Both the position numbers and the translations under genes were made by a program. From Klebsormidium nitens (taxonomy: Eukaryota > Plantae > Klebsormidiophyceae), in contig DF237049.1 of NCBI GenBank assembly GCA_000708835.1, forward strand, positions 124,001 through 188,000: a DNA stretch of 64,000 nucleotides. Direction: 5' to 3'. Positions within the stretch are counted from its first letter, which is position 1. Each line of letters starts with the position of its first letter. The notes beneath the pieces were generated by a model that had not been told where the DNA came from, did no database searches, and saw nothing but the letters and a program-made list of their open reading frames with translations. Shown here piece by piece: positions 13,501 through 24,652 of this stretch.

Positions 13501-15927
13501 CTGACTGTAGAGAAGGCGGTTCAGACTGGGCCCGTGGAGGGCGGGGAGGCGTCGTACCTGGCAGAGGAGAACGAGCGCCTGAGGGCGGAGGTTGCAAGGC
13601 TGAGGGACGAGAACAGCGCTGTCTCGCGGCAGATGGAAGCCAAAAAGTTCAATTCTTATGGTGAGCGGGATAGCTGCGCATCACATTCAGGGGGAAGATT
13701 GGAAGCTCATGGCACAGTCCGTTGTTTCCAGGAGGTGATGAGGCTGCGATTGTCCACTCTTTCTAATCCCTGTGTTCTTGTGATCATCCGCTTCTGTTCT
13801 CTGCATTTACGCTGGCAGCCCTTGTCCCTCTTGTGTGCTCTAAGGCCACCAGAGGGTCAGCGTTGTATAGGGGATCTGAAGAGGACCTGAAAGAAATACA
13901 GGACAGAGTCTGAATGGCATCCTAAAGGACCAAACGCTTGGACTGGGGGCGCCAACTGACTTGTGAGCTTGCTTTAGATAATTGTAAGAGGGTCAGCTAT
14001 GAGAAGACCCATGCGGGCAGCTTGTGGAACGCACTCACTTTCTTCCCCTTCTGCAGGCAACGCGGCCTTCAACGGTCAGAAATACGACGAAGCTGTGCAA
14101 CACTACTCTCTCGCGTTAGACGCTAGAGCGAACGACGTCGAGTTCAACGCAGTCCTCTACTGCAATCGAGCAACGGTGCAATCGGCACTGGCCAAGTGAG
14201 GAAGGCACCGTTGCTGCATATTGCTGGACGACAGGGCAGGATGACGCATTAGCTGGCCCCTTCTTGCTTTGCAGTAGGGCACTATGCATCCCAGTGCATA
14301 CGAGTGCAAAGATGTGGAAGATAGCATCACGATGACGAAACGAAGTTTACACATTCTTGCTCAATGTCAAAGCCACTTGCAGGAGGTCAATGGGAAGTCG
14401 CCCTATCGTTGCTGCTATTCGCTTCTTATGCGAAGCGTCTTCCAGAACCTGAAGGATTGCAAGCAAGCCTTTTGAAGCCTCTTCCAGAATCTGAAAGACT
14501 GCAAGCAAGCCTTTTAACTGCATATTTTGAGCTCACTGATTCCTTGATCCAAGGGCTATAGAAAGCTTCAGAGCAGATCCTCTCCTCCTCTATTTTCAAG
14601 AGATGGTTGTGAACAACAGAACAGTGCACCTGAGTTGATTGAGTTGTGCTTGCAGGCACATGGACGCGCTGTCCGACTGCTTGGCTGCACTGGAGACAGA
14701 CCCCCGCTACACGCGGGCCTACATGAAGAAAGCGGACGTCCTGACTGCAGTGGGCGACTATGAGGGGTATGTTGCTACTCATTGTTCTTGTTATCTATCC
14801 TGTTATCTATCCCCGCAAGACGAAGTGTTATCTGCAACAAGTTGTTGAGTGTCGTCAAACTGTGCATTGTGGCAATGACCTCATGTGGCCGCGTCCAAGT
14901 GCAGGTCGTAATGTAGCCCCAGGCGGACTTTGACAGACGACAAGCAGGCTCGTAGACCAAGCCTTTGACAAGCTCCTCTTATCCCTTGAGTCCTGTTTTC
15001 TCCCTGGTGATCGCTGACAACCGGTTTGTATGCTTATTGAAGCCACCTTCAGGCTCTCGAGCAATATGATGTACGTGTTTGGGGGTTGATGGAGCTCAGC
15101 TTATGCCACTTCGTGCAGTGAAGCCAGGCGCCCTACCTTTTTGAATAACCAATCACCCTGTTAAACCTCGGTACCTCGCAGGGCTTTGGAGGACCTGAGC
15201 AAGCTGGAGCCCAGCGACGAGGTTGCGGGCCGTGTGAAGGACCTGCGGCGGCGGATGAAGCGCGCGGTGGCGCCCATGGACTACTATGCGGTGCTGGGCG
15301 TGGCCGCCAGCAGCAGCATGGCGGACATCAAGGCCGCGTACCGCAAGCTGGCCATGCGCTACCACCCCGACCGCCCCGGGTGCAACCAGGGCGTCATCTT
15401 TCAGTACATCTCGCAGGCAAGTTCGCCACACCACAGGGCTTTTTCCTGCTTCGTTTTCAGGGAGCGATTCGTTGTACGGTCACAGCAAGTAACAATTGGT
15501 GCAACTCATTCCGCCAAGGTGCTGCCGGACTTACTCTTCACACTGTGCTTCGATCTTATATCTCGACGTACGAGCGATGTCAATACTTACACTCCCCCTA
15601 AGAGGGTGCGGCAGGGCTCCACAAGTGTTCCGTACATGCCTTCTGGAAAGCTTGTCAACGGTCTTTCTGGAAGCACTGTGGCTTCACCGTTTGCAGCCTG
15701 CAGAAGCTTGCAATTGTGGAGCTTCGACTGTTAGCAGCATTGGGATTGCCGACTTATAAGTCCATATCGGAAAGTGGACCTCGCAACCATGCGAAGCTTG
15801 ATGCAAAACATGTTTGTAAAGAACACGGCATTGGATTATGCAGGCATATCAGATTCTCTCTGATGCTGAAGCAAGGCTTCGATTCGACCAATTGCTGGAG
15901 AAAAGTGGGGGACCTTCGCGGAAGTGA
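10514..15927 (+). CDS. Large co-chaperone: long low-complexity N-terminus, coiled coil, TPR repeats and C-terminal DnaJ domain
   Basis: Exons 10514-10695, 11043-11235, 11482-13660, 14057-14195, 14656-14766, 15182-15416, 15844-15927. TPR helices: [45 protein letters not shown]-domain: [29 protein letters not shown]|AYQILSD, with HPD intact. The last intron needs a GC donor. The first two exons are less certain. Confidence 0.8.
14439..14515. repeat. 42-bp tandem duplication in an intron
   Basis: cttccagaacctgaaggattgcaagcaagccttttgaagcct is followed directly by cttccagaatctgaaagactgcaagcaagcctttt. Confidence 0.85.
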
Positions 15928-17068
15928 TCATGGCGTCAAGAAGTGAGTGAAGGATTGAAAGCAAGAGCGAATGTAGATTATCATAACCCATTGTATCCGT
16001 ATTTATTCGCTGTAGACGCGTAGTGGTCTGATGGTCAAGATGTGTTGCTCCTAGTAGGTGGGTAACTCCTGGTGAAATCTATGTAGGAACATTGGTTTCA
16101 TTTGACCAGTGCTTTGTTGCTTAATGTGACCGCTGGTCACTGTAAGAGGTGTAGAAAGTTTTGAGGGTGTGTAGACCCCCATCTTTGAATATCCTCGATC
16201 GTAACTATAGGCTAGAACTCGTTTCGCTTTACAAGCTGCTGTTTGTTGTTAGAGTTCGGAATTCTTGGCTAAGTAAGAGAATTATAGTACCCCAACTTGC
16301 AAGGGCAAAAACAAGGTTTTCCAACATCTTGAGATGTTGTGATGGGCATTGGCATGCGACCATGCGTTGGGTACGTTGGCCAACACATAACATGGTTTCC
16401 CCCACAGCCTTACATTTCTGAAGCAAAGTATTATTGTTCCAACCCGCTCATTGAGCTTTGCTAAAATCTAGTAGGCCACCGTGGGCTTCTCATCAAATCA
16501 CAGGTGTGATACACCTCCACGTGTATATGCGTAGGTATGTGCATCCATATTGAGCTCTGACACAATGTCTCTAAGGACTGATAGTATACGCGATAAGAAG
16601 CCCTTAAAACAAGGTAAGTTGGTGCATATCTGGACGGTATCTATCGATCACATGGTGCATGGAGCTAGACGTACGTACGATGATGCACACCAGAATTACA
16701 ATGCATGCGAGTTGTGTCCTGAAGAAGAGCAAATTTAGCTGGCCAGTGTGTGCGCGGCTAGAAACATTGTTCGAGATGTTGTCGCCTTTTTACAACTAAT
16801 ATCATGCACACAATGATATAGGATTTTCTGCGTTCAATGTCCTTTAGGCACCATATCATGAGCAAAGATAGAGACCTTCGCGGCAAATGTATGCCCATTG
16901 AGAAGCCTATGGCCCTACTAGAAAAGAGACCATGATAGAATATGGATACCTCCATGTGAAAGATGCCGTAGCCACCAGACTCCAGAGTTCAGAAACTTCA
17001 GACTGGAGGTCGCATGGTGGGGTTTCGCCTTTCCAAAGATGGTCTGCCAGCCAGGCAAGAGGCACATT

Positions 17069-17394
17069 GTAGCCGAACTTTTTCCGAACTGATGAAACGT
17101 CGGCGCAAGCGGTAGGTACCGCTGGAGTCTTTGCAGGCTCAACGCGATAGAAGGTACCACACTCCACGGTACGTATATTCCCCGAGGCAATTCAGCTCCC
17201 GGGAATGCCAACAAACACTAAACCTAAGCTACACTGAGGCGAGACCGTTAAACCCACACCCTAAGGCGTTCCGCCGGCAAGCTACCCCCACCCACCCTAA
17301 CCCCCCGACCTAACCCCACCAAAGTCACTCGGTTGCTACGATTGCTGGTGGCTCAGGCGTCGACATTCATACGGTTCGGAAAAAGTTCGGCTAC
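17069..17394. mobile_element. Foldback/MITE-like element with a perfect 21-bp inverted repeat and a CCCTAA-like core
   Basis: 17069-17089 gtagccgaactttttccgaac is the exact reverse complement of 17374-17394. The match extends imperfectly about 20 bp inward. The interior has degenerate ctaaacctaag, ccctaagg and ccctaacccc...cctaacccc. No TSD identified. Confidence 0.6.
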
Positions 17395-18457
17395 TTTGTC
17401 CATTTTGCGCCAGGGCCCCCGAATGATACGCAATTTTCTGCATGCATCTCAACTTGCATGCAAACCGTGACCAACCTCTGGGGTGGTGCAGTGCATAGAA
17501 TATGGAAAATGTGCCACAATACATTTTCACGTAGGTATAGGACCGATACCGGTACACTCGGACTCCGCCATCGGGCATATCTCGCGTATGCCCTCCCCCT
17601 CGGTCAATAAGAAATACTTACCCCCGGGGGCCGGCAGGGGCCGCCATGCCGGCCCTGGGCCCTCGAACGGCGAACCCGAGTGGTCGGGCACAGGCTACCA
17701 GTATCTGACTAGAGCCCCCGGGTCAGCCCAGTCGTACGTACCGGTATGTGATTGCGGGTATAGGTATTGGGTACCGGCGGCCTATTACAATTTTCTCAAA
17801 TTCTTGGCGCTATGCCGACGAGTTCTTTCCACCCCGCACAAGGGGTAGGTGCCACATGGCATGAGACTATTCGCCGAGGCGGGATACGGCCCAACGGCTA
17901 CTTGGTTGACGGTATGTTGACTCTGAAGTCTGGGAGACTGGATCGAACAACTTCGACATGGTCATGGTCCATGGTCGTCGCGAGTCCAAGACTGTACTAG
18001 TGTCACGGTTCGCATTAGCTAGGCTGGCATCACCCCCGGTGCACGTGCACATGTAATTTGTAAACACCATGGCTGCTTTCCAGGAGCTTCCACTTCTCGC
18101 ACAACACTACCTACCTAGCTGCCCCGACTCTTTTGCGAAGCGAATGCAGATCATGTACCCATCCTTCAGCACCAAAGCGCACGTTCTGCATTCTTCAACA
18201 GGGTAGGCGGTTGCATGAGCATTGAGGCCCTCCTCCGGAAGAGCGAGCTGTGGGGGCTATCAGTCAGGTTGCCTGTCAGAGAGAATCCAGGAAGGCCCAG
18301 TGCTGCTCTCAGGAGCTTGCCAGCTTCTAGTGCATCTACTTGGCTAACTTACTTTTGCGAAGGTGTTTGAGAAACGTGTTGGGGAGTGGCTTCAGCAAGC
18401 AACGAGTGAGCTCAGCGTTGTTGTGCTGAGGAGAGGAGTTGTGCGAGCTTGAGCACT

Positions 18458-21400
18458 ATGGGGCACTCATCCAGAGGGTGGGGGGCAGCTCTGCTGGGGT
18501 TGCTGGCAGTGGTGCAGGTGAGTGGGGCTCGTTGGAGCTGAGGAGTGCCCTTGGGAGTCTGCCACAAATGTTGATAAACCAGGGAGACACCACCACAAAG
18601 AAATGGCCGAAGTACTTGCTGGTCATATTCCACCCCCTTCTGCACAGCTTGTCTTTTCCAGGTGGCACACGAGACCTTCCTGATATCAACCTCAAAGCTG
18701 TCTATTGTTCCTTACTCAGTAGGCTTGTCTATTGTACCATGTTTTGATATAAAGGGGTTTAAGGCTGTCCCAAGTTTTAATTTTCCCACTAACTTGCAAG
18801 TGTGCCAATCTCTTTCTTTGCTTACTTCAACTCCTCCTTCACTACTTCAACTCCTCCCTCTACTGCCAAAACGGCTGGTTTGCAGATTCCTTTTTCAGCT
18901 AGTGTTTGAACCTAATCAGCTCGAAGCCTGTGCCTATCTTGACCCCCCTCAACTGATCCAGAGCGAGGACAAGGCTGGCTGGGGGTGTTTGCTCCATAAG
19001 TCGTCTTGAAAGCATGCCACTGGAGATTTGATGTCCGGATAGCACTTGGGATTGCTTTCATCCTGACCAGGTCACATCAGGAGTACCCCCCCAGCAGGGC
19101 CAGTGCCCTCACCCTCCCTGCCCCCCTTCCAGCCTGGAGTGTGCCCCAAACGTTGCCTTTGTGCCTCCTTGTGCAGATTGTAAGTATAAGCGCGCAGACC
19201 CTGAGCACAGGCAGTCTGTCTGTCTCCTGGGACGTGGTCAAGTCTAGCATAAAAGAGTACACAGTGGTCGTGAGGTTAAGGAACAACCAGCTGATTAACC
19301 CGGTTCCTGCGCCGGGGTGGGCACTGAGCTGGACGTGGCAGCAGAATGAGATGGTGGAGACTGTGGATGGGGCACAAGTGTTGAACCTCGCAGGTGAGGG
19401 CCGCTGGTCCTGTGCATGCTGGCAGGGGTTTGAAAAGGCGCAGGCTTGCAATGTGCTTTCAGGGGATGCGCGCACAGGCCTGATCAAGTGCAGGTCTCTT
19501 GACGAATTTTTTTCAATCCTGTACCACTGTCTAGAGACATACTATACTGTTCCTGGGTAGTAGAAAAATGGGGTAGGGGAGGGGGGCGGAATGGGCAATT
19601 CTTATGACCAGCTCTTCCAATGTTCGCTGGAGGATTGTTCCTGTCTCCAAGAATTGGTTTCAGACTGCCCTCTTTACTCAAGAAGAATTTGTGGAGTTTC
19701 CATCGACTTTAGACTTGATGAGGTCCGTTTGAGCATGTTCTGTTGGTCAAGACTCCTCGTTCCCCTCGTGCAGATTGCAGCGGCACATCTGCAGCGGATG
19801 ACTTCCCGGACAAGGTGTGGTACGCAGTCACGTGCGCAGCGCGCCCCATTTTTGTGAGCACATACAATCAGGGGTACCTGCCGGCAGCGTCGGTTGACAA
19901 CGTCAACAACACGGCGCAATTCACAATTGTGTTGGTAAGTTACACCAGCTCTGGGGCCTCTGCTAGAATCAGGTGCACCTATGAAGGACTCTGTCTTCTG
20001 CAAGGCGTGAGATCAGTACAATTTAACTTTCATGACCGGATTATCACCCCCTATCAAGCACCTTCCTTATTCATTTTTCCAGAGCACAATCCTTCTGGCA
20101 AAATTGGCCAGCCACATCTCATTGGCAGTCCTCTACATCCCTGTTTCACATTTTTGCCACTACCTTTGACGTTTCCATTTCCATCTTGCCAGGGCAAGGG
20201 CTCTGACTACTGGGGCGTGGGTAACTTGACTCTTCCCTCCGACTTTGACATCGGCCTCCCCGGGTATCAGTGCACGCTGCCCGCCCCGGTGGCAGCCGGC
20301 CGCAGCGTGCCTGTGTCCATTGGGGGCAGGCAGTATTACACTGCCATCAGGTCGTACGACTTCACGTGCTTTCTCTCACCGCAGTTTGTGGCCAAGCCCA
20401 CCTGCTGTGTCTCCTTCTCAGGTGAGCCCAAGTGGAAATCATTCGGAACAATACTAGCACAAGTTGTGGGCTGCGGCAAAATGCTCAAATGCTACCTGTG
20501 GCGAGACAATCCGGAATCCTGAGCCAGTCGTGGTTCTTGCTTGTAAATGCGTTTACTTCATAGCACATGCACGCCAACGAGGTCAAAGACCAGAGGGGGT
20601 TGTGTTCACTCCGAAGGTTACTTCGAAGTCACTCTTAATCCATTTTGAGGCCCTTGAAATATAGGTTTCAAGGCTTCAATCTGCATTAAGTCCTTGCCAA
20701 AGTCTGTTGCAATGGAAAAGCGGCAGCCTTCAGCTTGTATCTTCTGGTACCGTTTTTCATTTTCGAAGCTCGTTGAGCTGCTTCAATCCAATGCACTCTG
20801 TACAAAGCACATTTGTCCAACAACGTGTGCCCCAACTTCACAAGGACAGAAAGGAGGAGGATCAATCATGCTTTGAAAAGCGTATTTTCTAGATACTCAC
20901 GCTTTTATTGCTACGAAGTGCGGTTGGTTTGTCGCAGTGACAAAGTAAAGAAGACGTCCATTGGTCTCAACCTTATTGCTCGCCTGCCACAAAAGAGAGG
21001 CTGGTCGACGGTTTCTGCGTCTTTCCCGCTTTTCTATGTCCCCTTCGGGAGGCGTCCATCTTTTGACCCTCCTTTTCTTCTTTTGACGCGCTTCTTCTTC
21101 TTCTGCAGGTTTTTTCAACAACACCGTTGCAACATGCCCCGCCTGTGCCTGCGGCTGCAATGCCACTCTTGGCTCCAATGCCACTCTTGGCTCCAATGCA
21201 ACCGCGTGTGCCTCCCGCCAGTCGGGGCCCAACGCTGCCACGCAGCTGCTGTTCGGCCCTGCCGTTCCTACCACGTCCTCACAGCAAATCAGCTCCAAGG
21301 TGAGGGGAAACACAAACGCAAACAGTATGCTGCTCTGTTTCATGTGAATGAAATGCAATGTGACATGTCCAACATCTTGCAGCCCCGTTTGATTTTCAAT

Positions 21401-22699
21401 AAGCTCGATTGAGCTTTGTCTACTTCGTCAAGCTTGGACTGGCTTGTCGTGGTTCGACCCCTCCATCCCGTCAGTGTCAAAGCAGAAGCATCGCTTGGAT
21501 CAAGACCTGATCGACCTTTCTGTGTCGATTAGAAGAGGTATAGCCTTTTTTGAAGCCGGTGTCACTCGCTATTACTTTCCACTTCCTCTTCGTGCTGGAG
21601 TCAAATCTCGCTTCGAACCGAGATAACTGCACCCCGTTGGCACAGAACGCATCTGTGCTCGTTTCTGTGAATTCCGGTCCGTTTCGCAGACTAACCCCCT
21701 TTTTCTTCCGTGTGCAGCAAACCCTGGATACTGCCCCGCGGCCGTGCAGCAGCGGGTGCATGACGGACATCCACTTTGCGGTGAGCCAGGAGTTTGGCGG
21801 GGGGTGGCAGGTGCAGGTGGCGATTGCCAACACGCGCGCCACGCCCATCGCGGACTGGCTGCTCGCCATGGACCTGCCGCTCGCCAATTACCTGGAGGCC
21901 GTATACACCGTGCAGCACGACGCCGCGCGTCAGCTGCGTGAGTGCCTGCCGCCTGCCTCCACCGAAACTCCTCTGGATCGGAGGCTTCGTTGTCGTGAAT
22001 ATTCAGGCAGAAGCTAGCCGCAGATGGGGGACACAAAGCCCTGGCGTCTAGGGACTGCGGCTGCATATCTGTGAAAGAGTTGGGATCGCTTTGGTGCTGA
22101 TGGTCGAGAGGAAACGAAACGCTTAGTGTGCACTTCGAAAGTTGGACTGCCATTTTTTTGCCGCCGTCCGCCAGTGCCCAAGTCTCAGACTCATTGCCCC
22201 GGTCAGTCAGCCGTTGTCATCCATGCGCTTTCTGAAAGATTGCACTTGTTTGCAATCATGAAGGAGCAACGAATACGCAGTGTTACGGGTTACTCAACTG
22301 CCCATTTCTTGCTTAATGTCTCTAGTCCCTGGCACCGCAGCGGCTGCTCGCGCATTGCTCTCACTCCGCTTCTTTCTCTCGCCTGCAGCCAACTTCGCCA
22401 TCTTCTCGGGCCAGCCGTACTACAATGACGTCATCCCGTCCGCACCCGGCAACGTGCAGTGGATCATGAATTTCAACAAGACGGCCGTGGCCCCCGCGAC
22501 GGGTCCCAAGATCAAGATCATCGACCAGAACGCTTTCCCGACGGCCGTCTACTTCATGGGCCAGCAGTGCGCGCTTCCACCGTTTGACGCCATCCCGAGC
22601 AACATGTTGGGGCAGACCTCAGGAGCGGCCAGCGGGCGCCGGATAAGCGCCGCACTGGTGATCGCGGCCTTGGTAGCGCTTTCGACAGTGCTGTTGTAA
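18458..22699 (+). CDS. COBL: COBRA-like GPI-anchored cell-wall glycoprotein
   Basis: Exons 18458-18517 (signal peptide MGHSSRGWGAALLGLLAVVQ), 19177-19393, 19774-19934, 20193-20421, 21109-21300, 21718-21937, 22389-22699. Motifs: GWALSWTWQQNE, CCVS motif PTCCVSFSGFFNNTVATCPACACGC, FSGQPYYND..GNVQ. Hydrophobic C-terminal GPI-type tail. Confidence 0.88.
21170..21205 (+). repeat. 18-bp in-frame tandem duplication within the COBRA-like exon (NATLGS x2)
   Basis: aatgccactcttggctcc occurs twice in tandem, followed by aatgcaacc, giving NATLGS-NATLGS-NAT. Coordinates are accurate to within a few bases. Confidence 0.85.
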
Positions 22700-23599
22700 T
22701 ATGGAGCTGACGTCACGACGCTAACCACTACCACCTCAGCCGAAAAGGGGTTTGGGCAGGGACTCGGCGATACTACTGACACAGTGCAACCCTTTTCCGG
22801 TGCACAGGCGGGACTAAGTTAGGATGTATCCGGTGGAGGAGCTTCGCTTACCACGTGCCTTGCTGTTTCTGTATACCGTTGCGTGTCGCCCACAACGTGA
22901 GAAGGTATGGTGGGCGGCTGGGGAGGAGTGAATCAGAGTCTATCAAAGTATTCTTTGTAGTTAGTAGCATATAGGAAAGGTTGTCGGGTTGATGCTTGAT
23001 CCATTCTCAGGACCACGCCACTCGCAGAACGTTCTGACCATCGACATAGAGGTACGGTAGCACATGGAGACGTGGGGCTTGTGATCAAGCAGGTAACTGA
23101 ACATGCGAGGACACGTAGTAGGCTATAGATGGATGATGCATGTAAATTATACTTTTGAATCTGATGTTTGGTGTCCAAAGCAGGGTGCATGGGCCATCGC
23201 TTGAGGATCAGGACTTCATTCGATTAGAGATCGTACCTATAATTGCGAGCTCTTCTCCATGCATGCTAGCACATGTACGGCGCCGGCATGGGGCCGGCTA
23301 TATCTGTATGAGTCCATCTTGAAGGTCGAAGTTTTCCGATTTCGAGCTAGCTATAACTATTTATATGCAACCTGTAATCTGCCGGAGCGCGCACTGCAGG
23401 CCCTCTTGGCGCGGCCGGATGCAACGTATATACAAGCTCTCAATACCTATCTTAGTATCAATTGCGATCCCCCTTGTACAGCCATATGGAACTGATGCAC
23501 CTGGGGTCATGATCTGCTGGATCGTCGTGCACTCGGGGTTCTGCTGGAGTTGGAGAATTCACGGTCGGCCCATGATCGCGTCCACATCGTTAATTGCAT

Positions 23600-23652
23600 A
23601 TACAAGCAGATCGACTTTATGGAGTCATGCATGCATACAAGCAGATCGACTT
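23600..23652. repeat. 18-bp direct repeat with a 35-bp period in the intergenic region
   Basis: atacaagcagatcgactt at 23600-23617 and 23635-23652. Confidence 0.8.
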
Positions 23653-24652
23653 CATGTTGCGTACAGGATTTCTAGCTTGCACTAAGGTGCGAGTACGCGA
23701 TCATGGTTATGATATATGGTGTTTAATTAATTCCTAGCTCTGTCACAATGCAATGTGCAGCTGCCTAGCTAAGCCTGCAGTGCGCGGCAAACTGTTCTCC
23801 GATTAGTATGATCGACATGGTGGCCGCCACCACGCCGGGCGGCATGCACCAGGGCAGTCACTATGGGCATATATGGACCAGCACGTCTAGAAAACGCTTT
23901 CTAGCGCCACTGCACCATGCGCACTTGTAGCGAGTTACTAAGTAGCCAATCCATGCACTGTTGTGCAAATAACAACAGGCAGCAGTGACTCGCACATGGA
24001 CTCTCGTGGGCGTCCAACTGAGTACATGGCTCTTCGAAGTACAAACAATAGGAGCGGGTTCACACACGAGAAGTAACCATCATACGAGTTATCGACAAGC
24101 AGCCAAAAAAATCTCAACGAGTAAGCCTCGAGATTCCGCAGGGACCCCGGCGAGCCCCAGTGTTCGGCCCGCCCCGTAACCATATAACGCATAAATCACT
24201 CTTTGTTGGGCAGCCGTCTTGCGACTAGATCAAGTGATCGCCACCGGAGGCCTGGTCACGGCACGAAGTAGCTCCGATTCACACGTTATCAAGATCAGCT
24301 GCGGTGAAAGCTGACGTGCCACTGTATCTGACTTCATAGCGCGTCAGTAACACTAAAGGCTCTTGAGCTCGCACACGCAATGGTGGTTCATTCTTTAACG
24401 GGCTGTGAACGGGTCGGCTCTGGGTGTCCAGCAGACCGCAATGCGAGTCGGATACCTTTGAAGAGACTCCTGTCCGAACACCTATAGATTGCCTGAAGCT
24501 GAGCCTTGAAGACCAAACGTTTGAAGATTGTGCACATGCTTTTAGCGGAGGTATTTCCATCATTCCCGTCAACAGAAGTTGCGGGCTTCTTTCTGACGTA
24601 CACGATCTCCGGCCAACGGAATTGAGCTTCGAGTGGGCCCGTTGTGCGCCCT

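Noticed and set aside
16017-16080. tRNA/SINE-like head (tggtctgatggtcaagat ... ggtgaaatct)
   Set aside because: The A-box is only approximate, the B-box has several mismatches, and no cloverleaf or acceptor stem can be formed.
23180-23900. Helitron-like remnant (CATG/CTAG-rich tract with small hairpins)
   Set aside because: No hairpin lies at the expected distance from a terminal CTRR, and there is no 5' TC end or Rep/helicase fragment.
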